NCBI GenBank assembly: GCA_002011165.2
Contig: MTMI02000007.1
Location: forward strand, 159,970 to 223,969
Source: Candidatus Mnemosynella biddleae
GTDB lineage: Archaea; Halobacteriota; Archaeoglobi; Mnemosynellales; Mnemosynellaceae
Direction of reading: 5' to 3'
Length of the DNA: 64,000 bases
In this document: positions 41,499 through 52,794 of the stretch, piece by piece
Layout of the letters: each line of letters begins with the position of its first letter
Position numbering within the stretch: the stretch's first letter is position 1
Translations under genes and position numbers: made by a program
Notes under the pieces: model-generated
Database searches by the model: none
What the model saw: only the letters and a program-made list of their open reading frames with translations
Told to the model about the DNA's origin: nothing

Positions 41499-42408
41499 CT
41501 TCTTCCACCTCGCTCTCGTAGATCACTTTCATAAAGAGTTCCTCAAGAGACGGCATCTCAAGTCTCAGTTCCCTGAGTCTTATCCGATTCTCAATGAAAA
41601 TCTCTGAGATGAACTCTCTTATATCAGATTTAGCCTCAATCACCGCTCTATCTCTATCATGCTCGATTTTAATGATATCATCATGATCAATTCTCAGAGT
41701 CCTCGGAAAAGGCTCAACAATTATTCTGTAGTGCTCTTCTCCCATCTGTCTCTGAATTTCTTCTGGAGTTCCAACAGCGAGAAGTCTTCCTTTAGAGATG
41801 ATTCCTATTCTTTTACAAACCTCTCTAACCTCTGAGAGAATGTGTGAAGAGAAAAATATTGTTTTCCCTTCTTTTTCAAGCTCTTTGATTATTCTCCTGA
41901 ATTCTAAAGTCCCTTGAGGGTCTATTCCACTCGTCGGTTCATCGAGGAGGAGAACTTCGGGATCATTCAGAAGAGCTTGAGCAAGAGCAAGTCTCTGGAT
42001 CATACCTCTCGAGTATTCCCCAACTTTTTTCCGAACATTTTCCAGTCCAACAATTTCGAGAACCTTCTCTATCCTTCTCCTCCTCTCTTCCTCGGTCATT
42101 CTATAGAATCTTGCAAAGTAATCCAGATTTCTTCTCGCATCGAGATGATCGTAAAAACCAGGACGCTCTGGAAGATATCCCGTGATTTTCTTCACTTCAA
42201 TAGGGTTTCTCGTAACTTCGAAATCCCCAATGTAGCACGTTCCACTCGTTGGTTCTATCATCGCTCCGAGCATGAGAATTGTGGTACTCTTTCCCGCTCC
42301 ATTCGGACCGAGAAATCCAAAAACTTCTCCTTTTTTCACTTCAAGATTCAGAGAATCAACCGCTCTAACTCCATCGTACTCTTTCGTGAGCTTTACGGTT
42401 TTTATCAT
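41482..42408 (-). CDS. ABC transporter ATP-binding protein
   Basis: GPNGAGKST, YSRGM, LLLDEPT, SSH; start placed at ATG 42408. Confidence 0.93.
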   Translation of the reverse strand: MIKTVKLTKEYDGVRAVDSLNLEVKKGEVFGFLGPNGAGKSTTILMLGAMIEPTSGTCYIGDFEVTRNPIEVKKITGYLPERPGFYDHLDARRNLDYFARFYRMTEEERRRRIEKVLEIVGLENVRKKVGEYSRGMIQRLALAQALLNDPEVLLLDEPTSGIDPQGTLEFRRIIKELEKEGKTIFFSSHILSEVREVCKRIGIISKGRLLAVGTPEEIQRQMGEEHYRIIVEPFPRTLRIDHDDIIKIEHDRDRAVIEAKSDIREFISEIFIENRIRLRELRLEMPSLEELFMKVIYESEVEEDASSS

Positions 42409-42525
42409 CTTACTCGAGAAGTTTTCTAAGACTATATAAAAATTTTTTGATTTCTTTAGAATTTTATCTAACTTTCCCCCAATTTTCATCATCTGGTAAA
42501 ATTTAAAGCATCCTCAAGTTAAAAG

Positions 42526-43050
42526 GTGGGAGTAATGGAAGTTGAAGGAGACGTCAGTGAGATCAAGGTTCTTACAAGTTACACGAGAATAGAGATATTG
42601 AAAAAACTCTCTGAAAGAAATTATACAGTCTCTGAGCTTTCAAGGATTCTTGAGTTATCGAAGCCCACAATTCTTCACCATATAAGAATTCTTGAAAATG
42701 CCGGATTTGTGCAGAGAGTGGACGACGAGAGAAAATGGGTCTACTACACATTGACGGAGAGAGGAAAAATAATCCTCAGACTCAGAAGAATAAAATTAGT
42801 TCTCTCTTTCCTACTCATCACTCTTCCAGTCGCTCTCATACTCTCTCTCCTCAGAACTTTGAAAGTTGCAGAAAAGACACCAAAGGCAGTTATGAAGATT
42901 CAGACAGAGACTTCGGTAACTCCGAAAGCTCTTGGAGGTGGGTTTGAGCTCTCTCTAGAGCTTATCCTTTTTCTCCTCCTCATCTTGGTAATACTGGTAT
43001 ATTTCCTCGTGAACAGGAAGATAAAAAAGTTTGAGACTCAGAAGATGTGA
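42526..43050 (+). CDS. ArsR-type wHTH regulator with two C-terminal TM helices
   Basis: [31 protein letters not shown] then two hydrophobic segments. Confidence 0.85.
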   Translation: MGVMEVEGDVSEIKVLTSYTRIEILKKLSERNYTVSELSRILELSKPTILHHIRILENAGFVQRVDDERKWVYYTLTERGKIILRLRRIKLVLSFLLITLPVALILSLLRTLKVAEKTPKAVMKIQTETSVTPKALGGGFELSLELILFLLLILVILVYFLVNRKIKKFETQKM

Positions 43051-44058
43051 ATTGCAGAAGATTTGAACACAGCGTAAATTTCATCTCCCTCAGAGATTCC
43101 CAGTTCTAATAGCGAAGATCTTGTTATGATGGCTCTCAACTCAATTCCAGAGCTCTCAACTTCAACTTTCACAACAGACCCAAGATCTTCGATTGCAGTA
43201 ACCCTCATTTTGAGAACGTTTCTTGCAGAGCTCTCAAGAACTTTTTTCGAGAGGATTATATCTTCCGGTCTCAGGCCAATTCTTATTCTTCCTTTTGCCT
43301 CTTTCGGAAGTTCCAACTTAATTCCATTGACATAAAAAGTTCTCCCTCTTGCCTCTCCCTCGATAATATTCTCATAACCTAAAAACCTCGCAACGTCTTC
43401 GCTCTTTGGAGTGGAGAAGACCTCTCGAATTGCTCCAATTTGTTTGAGTTCTCCCTTCATCATCACTCCGACCCTGTCTCCAAGGCTCAAAGCCTCCTCA
43501 AAAGAGTGAGTTACGTGTATAGCAGTAAATTCAAGTTCTTTTTTCCATCTCTTCATTTCTCCTATGAGTTTCGAAGCCATCTGAATGTCTAGATTCGAGA
43601 ATGGTTCATCAAGTAGAAGAATTTTGGGTTTGATTGCAATAGCTCTTGCAATCGCAACTCTTTGTTGTTCTCCTCCGCTCAGAGTCTTTGGCTCTCTGTG
43701 CAGAAGACCTCCTATTCCAAGAACTTCTGCAAGTTCATATACTTCTCTCTTAATTTCCTCCTCTGAAAATTTCCTGAGCCTCATACCGTATGCAATGTTC
43801 TCGTAAACAGTAAGATGAGGGAAAAGTGCATAGTTTTGTGGAATATATGAGATCTCTCTTTTTTCGGGTGGAAGATCTGTTATTCTCTCCTCTTCAAGCC
43901 AGATATCTCCTTCTTCTGGCTTGAAGATTCCTGCAATAGTTTCGAGAAGCAGAGTTTTTCCAGCTCCACTTGGACCAAGAATTATAAAGTATTCTCCTTT
44001 TATCACTTCGAAACTCACATTATTTATTTCGAAGTCCTTCCATCTTCTTGAAACTCTC

Positions 44059-44087
<29 letters not shown>
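43038..44087 (-). CDS. wtpC: tungstate/molybdate ABC transporter ATP-binding protein
   Basis: [20 protein letters not shown]-terminal TOBE (SSARN); in wtp operon. Confidence 0.9.
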
Positions 44088-45881
<1,794 letters not shown>

Positions 45882-45895
45882 TTAAACTATTGTGT

Positions 45896-46033
45896 TTAAT
45901 GAATCTTTATTCTATTTGAACATTCTGGACATATCCAAACAACACTTTCACCCTTTTTCTCCTTCCTTAAAATCCTCAATCTTCCCACCTCACTCTTGTC
46001 GAACTCTCTTCCACAGAGTCTGCACCTCTTCAT
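45896..46033 (-). CDS. Zn-finger microprotein, 45 aa (48 aa from ATG 46042); not in ORF track
   Basis: Manual translation MKRCRLCGREFDKSEVGRLRILRKEKKGESVVWICPECSNRIKIH; two CxxC; GGAGGAG SD upstream. Confidence 0.75.
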   Translation of the reverse strand: MKRCRLCGREFDKSEVGRLRILRKEKKGESVVWICPECSNRIKIH

Positions 46034-46073
46034 CGAATTCATCTCCTCCCAAAATCCAAAGACGAGAGATCAG

Positions 46074-46925
46074 TTAATAATTTCTTCTCTCCTCCTTTGA
46101 CCAACACTCATTTGGACATTTGGAACAAAAGCCTTTTCTCCAACATTCATTCCAACAAGGCACTCTGTGTTTATATGCGTTAGAACAGCAGGCAGATCTG
46201 AACACTATCAGATCTAACTCTTTTTTAGCGTAATCCTCTAAAATTTTCTTTCCCTGGAAGTAACTCTTCGTCAATCTCTCTATTCCGAGCTTCTTCTTTA
46301 CGTTTTTCGTCAATCTTAGGTTTCCAAGAATTATCCTATCTGTATATTCTGCAATTCTTTCCAGACCTCTTTTATAGAGCTCTTCATCAATCATCAGAAG
46401 TATAGGCCTGAGAAAAACCGCTCCATGGACCTCTTTGCAAAATTCAAGTCTTTCTGAAATGGAAGGTCTTTTCGGTTCAAACTTCTTGCATAGCTCATCT
46501 AGGGGCACACACATGGAGATTAAAGTATCAACTTTTTTGAGCTCTCTCACAAGAGTGTGGTTGACCTCTTTTGTTGAGAGCTGGACAGGATTTCTGAGCA
46601 GATAAATCTCCTTGAGAAGCTCTTTTGTGTATTCTGGAAAGTCAAGAGGCTCACAAACGGATCCAATCGCAATGAAACTCTCTTCTATTTTAAATCGGGG
46701 ATTAAGAAGAAGGGAATATACAAGAGCTTTTGGTGAGAGTTCCGCGGGTCTTGGTTTTGATTCAACATAACAGTAGAGACAGCTTCCAGAACATCCTCTG
46801 GCTACATGAATTGTAAATCCACAAGGTCTCGGAGCTCTTTTCGCATGCTCATCTATCTTAGCTTTTTCTATCTCCTTCTCACTCAGCTGACTCTCGTAGA
46901 ATCTCTTTAATTTTTTCTTTTCCAC
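46074..46925 (-). CDS. radical SAM protein with Cys-rich C-terminus (SplB-like)
   Basis: CSGSCLYC, EP, QLSTK, FLRPI; tail CCSNAYKHRVPCWNECWRKGFCSKCPNEC. Confidence 0.8.
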   Translation of the reverse strand: MEKKKLKRFYESQLSEKEIEKAKIDEHAKRAPRPCGFTIHVARGCSGSCLYCYVESKPRPAELSPKALVYSLLLNPRFKIEESFIAIGSVCEPLDFPEYTKELLKEIYLLRNPVQLSTKEVNHTLVRELKKVDTLISMCVPLDELCKKFEPKRPSISERLEFCKEVHGAVFLRPILLMIDEELYKRGLERIAEYTDRIILGNLRLTKNVKKKLGIERLTKSYFQGKKILEDYAKKELDLIVFRSACCSNAYKHRVPCWNECWRKGFCSKCPNECWSKEERRNY

Positions 46926-46962
46926 AAAAATTCTTAATAGTTCTTCTCACTTAGAACTTTTT

Positions 46963-47448
46963 ATGCGCTCTATAGAGCTCCCAGGTGTGGGGTCTAAATA
47001 CGAAATAGAAACTTCTAATGGGGATCGAATTGCAGTTGTTTTTCTGCATAGTGGTAAAATTCAGCTGTATATTCTTGAAAGAGGAAAGGCGGAACCTTCG
47101 GAAGTGGATCTCACTCCCTCTGAGGCGAGAAGAGTCGGAAGTATACTTATTGGGAGTATTTTCGAGTCGGAAAAGGAGATAGTTGAGGTTGCCTTCTCCG
47201 CTCTTTACGATCTAAGAATTGCAATTCACACTTATAGAATTCCTGAGAGGCTCAGTAATAAGAGTATAAAGGAGTTGGGGATAAGAGAGAGATCTGGAGC
47301 AACAGTAATAGCAGTATCGAGAAAGGGCAAGAATTTTGTAAATCCTCCTCCAGATTTTATATTCGAAAAGGATGATATGATAGTGCTCATAGGTGAATCA
47401 CATCAAATAGAACTCTTTGAAAAGGAAATTCTGGGTCAAGTGAGTTGA
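46963..47448 (+). CDS. cation:proton antiporter regulatory subunit (KhtT-like, TrkA-C)
   Basis: ELPGVG.KY, LT.SEARR.G, IRERSGATVIAV.R, NP.PD. Confidence 0.85.
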   Translation: MRSIELPGVGSKYEIETSNGDRIAVVFLHSGKIQLYILERGKAEPSEVDLTPSEARRVGSILIGSIFESEKEIVEVAFSALYDLRIAIHTYRIPERLSNKSIKELGIRERSGATVIAVSRKGKNFVNPPPDFIFEKDDMIVLIGESHQIELFEKEILGQVS

Positions 47449-47449
47449 A

Positions 47450-48544
47450 ATGCAATTCATAATCGCTCTTTTTCTCTGCGGTCTCGGAGCTCTTCTGGCA
47501 AGAAAATTCTCACTTCCTGTAATCCCCATGTATCTTCTTCTTGGATTCCTTCTCGGAACTGGAGGCATCGGGCTTTTTGAGGCAAAGGAAATTTCAAAAG
47601 TTCTTGGAGAAATAGGAGTTGTTCTTCTACTATTTTACATCGGTTTGGAGATAAGAAAGGAGAGCATTTTAAAAGAGAGGGAAAAGATTCTCTTTTCAGG
47701 CATCATTGATATCTCAGTTAATTTCAGCTTCGGTTTTCTAGTTTCTCTCTTTCTTGGTTTTGATCTGCTCGAATCCTTTGTAATCGCTTCTGCACTATAT
47801 CTTAGCAGTTCTGCAATAGTTCTTCATTCTCTTGTTGAAAATCGGAAGCTTGTGTTCTCAGAGGCAGAGACAATCATCTGGATGATGGTTTTTGAAGATC
47901 TTGCCCTCATCCCGATCTTGGCAGTTCTCTCGAAAGATAAAGGACTTGTATTGCTTGTAAAAATTCTTCTTCTCCTTTTCCTCATTCTTATTGCTTCGAA
48001 AATCATTGATAGAAGCTCATCAAAAATCAGAGAAGTCTTCAGGAGAGATGACGAAATTCCTTTCCTTCTTGGATTCTCGATTTCAACTATCGCAGTGCCT
48101 CTTCAAAAAATTTCCGGAATTTCAGAAGCTCTAATTGCAATCTCTCTTGGAACAGCATTCTCAGAAATAAGGGAACTTGAAAGAATTGTTAGACCACTTA
48201 AAGAGATTTTTCTGGCAATTTTCTTTTTCTTCTTTGCCGCTTCAATCGAAATTTCTGAAAATTTAAACTTTTTCCACTTTTTAGCGCTTTTATTTATCGC
48301 CATTGTATCCAAAATTCTCTCTGGAGTAATCATAGGGTTAAAACTTCATCACTCTGTTTCCTCAGGTCTCGATATTGGGCTTACCACTATTCCGAGAGGA
48401 GAATTCTCAATACTTATAATCTCTCTTTTCGCTTCAAATGGGTTAATATCTCTAATAACCTTTGTTGTACTCGTAACCTCTCTTATCGGCTCTCTCAGCG
48501 CCAAAATATCTCAAAAGAGCATAACTTTCTTAAATATATCTTAA
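47450..48544 (+). CDS. CPA2 cation:proton antiporter (KhtU-like)
   Basis: GVVLLLFYIGLE, SSSAIV, VFED, PRGEFS. Confidence 0.9.
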   Translation: MQFIIALFLCGLGALLARKFSLPVIPMYLLLGFLLGTGGIGLFEAKEISKVLGEIGVVLLLFYIGLEIRKESILKEREKILFSGIIDISVNFSFGFLVSLFLGFDLLESFVIASALYLSSSAIVLHSLVENRKLVFSEAETIIWMMVFEDLALIPILAVLSKDKGLVLLVKILLLLFLILIASKIIDRSSSKIREVFRRDDEIPFLLGFSISTIAVPLQKISGISEALIAISLGTAFSEIRELERIVRPLKEIFLAIFFFFFAASIEISENLNFFHFLALLFIAIVSKILSGVIIGLKLHHSVSSGLDIGLTTIPRGEFSILIISLFASNGLISLITFVVLVTSLIGSLSAKISQKSITFLNIS

Positions 48545-49407
48545 AACAACTCAACCTTAATCTTCACCCTCGGACAGAGTTCACATAATCCTCTCAGAGG
48601 CTCCCCGTGATTTATCTTGTCGATGAGGAGCTCCAGTTTTGCTTTGAGATTATGGTAAATCTCATCTCTTTCCGCTTCCAGATCAATCAACTCTTCATAA
48701 GCTCTTCTGATCTCATCGTTCGTGATTATGGAGTTCATGGCATCTTCGAGTCTCTTCATGGAAGCTCTTGCAGATGAAAGAGAGAGCTTTGTCGTCTTAT
48801 CTCTGAGATATTCTCCATCGATAAAGAGCTCCACACGACTGTCAAGACCGATCCATCTTCCTCTGAGATGATCCAAAATGATTCGAATGGCATTCCAGCT
48901 CATAATCTTTTCGTTCAACTCTCTTTGTTTGAGCTCTTCTTTCAGGAGTTCGATAAAATCATCCTCTTTTCTCCTCAATTCCTCCTCCAGAGATTCGAAC
49001 TCCATGAGAAGATCATAGATTGCATGATATTCCTTCAGGTGTTCAAGAAAATTTTCATTGAGCTTCAGATTTATCTTTCTGATCGCTCTGCGTGAGTCAG
49101 AAGATCTTTCCGCTTCTCTAAGAACTTTTTTGACCTCCTCTGCAAGAATACTAGAATGCTTCATCCTTATCTTGTATTCCTCTCTCGTCCTGAATTCTTG
49201 AATCTCTTTCCTGCAGATCAAACGGTATTTCTCTCCATCCTTGTAAATCACGCCCGATTCTTCGAGAATTCTGAGAATATCGTAGAGTGTTGTGTGCGGA
49301 ATTCCCCTTTCATTGAGCCTATCATCGAGCTCCGCTGGATCAAGCCCATCGTGAAGTCTTCTGAGGATCTCGGGAAGATATTTCCTGATCCCTCTTATTC
49401 CTTTCAT
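48541..49407 (-). CDS. hypothetical protein: N-terminal wHTH, coiled coil, C-terminal CxxC
   Basis: IPHTTLYDILRILEESGVI..DG..Y.L wHTH-like; E/K/L-rich helices; GLCELCP; start placed at ATG 49407. Confidence 0.65.
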   Translation of the reverse strand: MKGIRGIRKYLPEILRRLHDGLDPAELDDRLNERGIPHTTLYDILRILEESGVIYKDGEKYRLICRKEIQEFRTREEYKIRMKHSSILAEEVKKVLREAERSSDSRRAIRKINLKLNENFLEHLKEYHAIYDLLMEFESLEEELRRKEDDFIELLKEELKQRELNEKIMSWNAIRIILDHLRGRWIGLDSRVELFIDGEYLRDKTTKLSLSSARASMKRLEDAMNSIITNDEIRRAYEELIDLEAERDEIYHNLKAKLELLIDKINHGEPLRGLCELCPRVKIKVELF

Positions 49408-49562
49408 AGGACAAAATATTCTTCTATGTCCGATTTTTATATAGTTTTCGATAATCAAAGATTTCGAAGATGAGAAGCTCCGATATTAGAGGCTGTGACT
49501 ATTTCCGAAGTTTTTCAGAGATTCTTTAAAATTAAATAACAGAGTCCTCCAAAATTCCAAAA

Positions 49563-50846
49563 CTACTCCATCATCTCCTTAATCATTTTTATCGCACAAA
49601 GATCTCCACACATGCTACAAGCTTCAGTTCTCGTAGGTTTACTCTTTCTCTTCTCCTCAAATCTCTCCTTATCAATGGCAACCTCTTTTTGTCTTTCCCA
49701 GTCTAATGAAAACCTTGCCTTGCTCATCTCAAGATCCAAAAGTGCATCCTCTTCAAACCTCGTGAGATTGACAGCATGAGCAGCTATTTTGGATGCGATC
49801 ACTCCTTCTTTCACTTCCTCTATATCTGGAAGCCCAAGATGTTCAGAGGGGGTAACATAGCAAAGGAAATCCGCACCGTTAAGAGCTGCAATTGCCCCTC
49901 CTATGGCACCTGCAATGTGATCGTAACCTGGAAATATATCAGAAACAAGCGGTCCAAGAACATAGAAAGGAGCATTATTAGTTGCAACTTTTGCAATCTT
50001 TATCTGCATTGGAATTTGGTCTATAGGCACATGCCCAGGACCTTCAACCATTGCCTGAACTCCCGTTTCTCGGGCTCTCTTAACGAGCTCCCCTAAGGTG
50101 AAAAGCTCACTCATCTGAAGAAGATCTCCCGCATCATGAATCCCTCCGGGTCTAAGACCATCTCCAAGACTCAAAACAGCATCGTATTCTTTTGCAAGCT
50201 CTAAGAGATAGTCGTAATCTCTATAGAATGGATTTTCTTCTTTATTATGATGGATCCAAGCAGCCATGAAAGTTCCACCACGAGAAACCATTCCAACAAC
50301 TCTCTTTGATTTTGTTAGCTTTTTAACAACTTCCTTTGTCACTCCGGCATGAATGGTAACAAAATCAACCCCATCTTTAAAATGTTTCTCAACTGTCCTC
50401 CACATGTCATCTTCACTCATATCGATAATGGCTCTTCCTTTCCTCAGCATCTTTTCAGCTGCTTGATAAATCGGAACTGTGCCTATTGGTACATCAACAC
50501 TTTTCATAATTCTCCTTCTTATCTCATCCAGATCTCCACCAGTGGAAAGATCCATGATGGTATCTGCACCGTATTTCACCGCAACTCTGGCTTTTTCGAT
50601 CTCTTTTTCCACATCGAGAATATCGCGAGAGGTCCCTATATTGGCGTTGATTTTTACCCTCACACCCTTTCCAATTGCAACCGGTCTTACATTCTCATGA
50701 GCAACGTTTTTTAGAATTATAGTATAACCTTTTGCAATGTTTTTCATCAGATCTTCAACTCTAATTCTCTCTCTTTCTGCAATGAGCATCATGTCTTCTG
50801 TAATTCTACCCTTCTTTGCTTCTTCCATCTGCGTCATCTCGATCAT
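49563..50846 (-). CDS. thiC: phosphomethylpyrimidine synthase
   Basis: KINANIGTS, MDLSTGG, SRGG, EGPGHVP, GYDHI, EHL, CSMCGDLC. Confidence 0.96.
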   Translation of the reverse strand: MIEMTQMEEAKKGRITEDMMLIAERERIRVEDLMKNIAKGYTIILKNVAHENVRPVAIGKGVRVKINANIGTSRDILDVEKEIEKARVAVKYGADTIMDLSTGGDLDEIRRRIMKSVDVPIGTVPIYQAAEKMLRKGRAIIDMSEDDMWRTVEKHFKDGVDFVTIHAGVTKEVVKKLTKSKRVVGMVSRGGTFMAAWIHHNKEENPFYRDYDYLLELAKEYDAVLSLGDGLRPGGIHDAGDLLQMSELFTLGELVKRARETGVQAMVEGPGHVPIDQIPMQIKIAKVATNNAPFYVLGPLVSDIFPGYDHIAGAIGGAIAALNGADFLCYVTPSEHLGLPDIEEVKEGVIASKIAAHAVNLTRFEEDALLDLEMSKARFSLDWERQKEVAIDKERFEEKRKSKPTRTEACSMCGDLCAIKMIKEMME

Positions 50847-50948
50847 AACTCAGTTTTCGCTCTCCAATAATAAGTTTTGCGAAAGGTGCTCTCAACCCGT
50901 CTTAAAACCAATAAATTAATAATAGCCAAAATAATATGAAGAGATGAG

Positions 50949-51944
50949 GTGAAACCTATGAGTATGACACCAGAAGAATTTAAAAAGTCCTGTAAGGGAA
51001 TAATTCCCGTTCAGTATTGTCCAATGAACGAGAAAATGGAAGTGAATTATGAGGGTTTAAAAGAGAATACGAAGTTCCTCGTGGACTTTGCTGAAGACGG
51101 AAATAAGGATCTCGTGATCATGACCAATGGAAGCACAACTGAGTTTTATGCTCTTCCAATTGAGGATCAGAAGAAGGTCATAAAGACTGTTGTAGAAACT
51201 GCTGACGGAAAAGTCCCTGTTATTGCAGGTGTGAGTCATCCAAGTGCTTTGGAAGCGGTAAAACTTGCAAAATATGCTGAGGAAGTTGGTGCGGATTGTG
51301 TGATGAGCACCCCACCGTATTATCACAGAGCATACAGAAATGAGCTCTATGAGCATTACAAGACCATAGCGGAAGCTGTGGATGTTGCAGTGATGATATA
51401 CAATAACGCAGATGTTACTGGAACATTCATTCCCGCAGATCTTGTTGCAGAACTCGCAAAGATAGATAACATCGTTGCAATTAAAGATAACACTCCCACG
51501 GCTATAGATTACCTGCTAAAAGTTCTTCTCGTGAATGAGAAAGACATGGTTCTTATCAATGGGCTTGGAGATTATCATTATCCTGCGTCTGCAGCCTATG
51601 GTTTAAGATATCAAGGGTTCGTGACCTTCATAGGAAACTTTGCTCCACAACTCAGCTACGCAGTCTATGATGCTGTGATGAAGGGAGATTTCTTGGAAGC
51701 GATGAAGGCAGTTGAAAAAATTTCGCCCCTCCTCTTCCTAATGGGGAGATTGTTTAAGAAGAGAGTGGATCACTCCATACTTCCTGAGGCTTTCCGAACG
51801 AACTACATGTACATTCCTATTGGGAAGGCTGCAATGGACATCGTTGGATTGCATGGAGGACCTTTAAGACCTCCGTTAAAGGAACTCTCACCGGATGAGA
51901 AAGAGGAACTCAGAAAGATCCTCAAAGAAATAGGAGTAATTTAA
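50949..51944 (+). CDS. DHDPS/NAL-family class I aldolase, substrate unknown
   Basis: NGSTTEF, PPYY, MIYNN, VAIKD (Schiff-base Lys), R.PL. Confidence 0.85.
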   Translation: MKPMSMTPEEFKKSCKGIIPVQYCPMNEKMEVNYEGLKENTKFLVDFAEDGNKDLVIMTNGSTTEFYALPIEDQKKVIKTVVETADGKVPVIAGVSHPSALEAVKLAKYAEEVGADCVMSTPPYYHRAYRNELYEHYKTIAEAVDVAVMIYNNADVTGTFIPADLVAELAKIDNIVAIKDNTPTAIDYLLKVLLVNEKDMVLINGLGDYHYPASAAYGLRYQGFVTFIGNFAPQLSYAVYDAVMKGDFLEAMKAVEKISPLLFLMGRLFKKRVDHSILPEAFRTNYMYIPIGKAAMDIVGLHGGPLRPPLKELSPDEKEELRKILKEIGVI

Positions 51945-51976
51945 AGGGATTCCCCCCTTCTCATCTTTTTATCTTT

Positions 51977-52744
51977 TTAGAAGAGAATTTTCTCTGTGTC
52001 CTCTCCTCCGTAAAAGATTTCCTGAATTCCGTCGTAAATGTCCTCCATTCCGAAAAATGTTTCTGAAGAAACAGGAGAGATCGGTTGAGAGATTCCAGAT
52101 TCTTTGAGAGCATAGAAAAGCTCCAGATTGAGTCCCTCGTTTTGAAGCTCCTCATAAAGAAGATCGGGATTTATGCTCCAGTCAATGATCTTCTGCACTT
52201 CTTCTTGAGAAAGAAGGTCGGATTTGGATAAAACTGGTATTTGTGGCAATTTCAGTCTGAAGGTTGCAGATGCACACATGAAGAGAAGGCTGATAAACCC
52301 AGAAGGTGTTTTTGAGACCACAGGGTCAAAGAGAAAAACCATCACGCTTTTTGATCTGTCAAGCATATCAATGAGTATTTCACTGCTCCGTCTGAGTGTG
52401 AAGAGCTCCATTTGACCGGGAGTATCTATGAGCACGTATTCGCAATTATAACTTTCTATCTCTTCTTTTATTTCCTCCGCCCTCAAACTTATGAGGTCTG
52501 AGCCAATGATCTGAGCCCCGTTTGGTCCAACTCCGTAGTTATCCATAATATCTTCAAGCGTAAACCACTCTCTTATGTCCACATCCGGATTATAAGGCAT
52601 TGTTTCAGCTCCCGGATCGAGATTCACTGTTATACAGTGAAGTCTTTTGATATCAAGCCACTCAGAGAAGGTTTTTGTGAGGCAACTCTTTCCGCTTCCC
52701 GCAGTTCCAATAAAGTAAACGTAAATACGATCAAGAGTCATCAA
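51977..52744 (-). CDS. GPN-loop GTPase
   Basis: GTAGSGKS, NLDPG, GPNG, DTPGQME, SKSD. Confidence 0.93.
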   Translation of the reverse strand: MMTLDRIYVYFIGTAGSGKSCLTKTFSEWLDIKRLHCITVNLDPGAETMPYNPDVDIREWFTLEDIMDNYGVGPNGAQIIGSDLISLRAEEIKEEIESYNCEYVLIDTPGQMELFTLRRSSEILIDMLDRSKSVMVFLFDPVVSKTPSGFISLLFMCASATFRLKLPQIPVLSKSDLLSQEEVQKIIDWSINPDLLYEELQNEGLNLELFYALKESGISQPISPVSSETFFGMEDIYDGIQEIFYGGEDTEKILF

Positions 52745-52794
52745 TGAAGAATAGTGGTGCTTCTAAATATCACTTACCATTGTGGGTGATACTC

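Noticed and set aside
41914..42429. 171-aa plus-strand ORF (likewise 57665-58183 and many 60-150 aa ORFs)
   Set aside because: Opposite-strand shadows of confident genes
45892..46077. 61-aa plus-strand ORF in the track
   Set aside because: The opposite strand carries a better ORF with SD and paired CxxC motifs
45896..46925. Radical SAM plus small Cys peptide as a RiPP (sactipeptide/ranthipeptide) cluster
   Set aside because: The peptide has Zn-knuckle spacing, the enzyme lacks RRE and SPASM domains, and no peptidase or exporter is adjacent
50847..50948. TPP riboswitch upstream of thiC
   Set aside because: AT-rich divergent promoter region without the TPP aptamer core; a TATA-like element close to the start leaves no room
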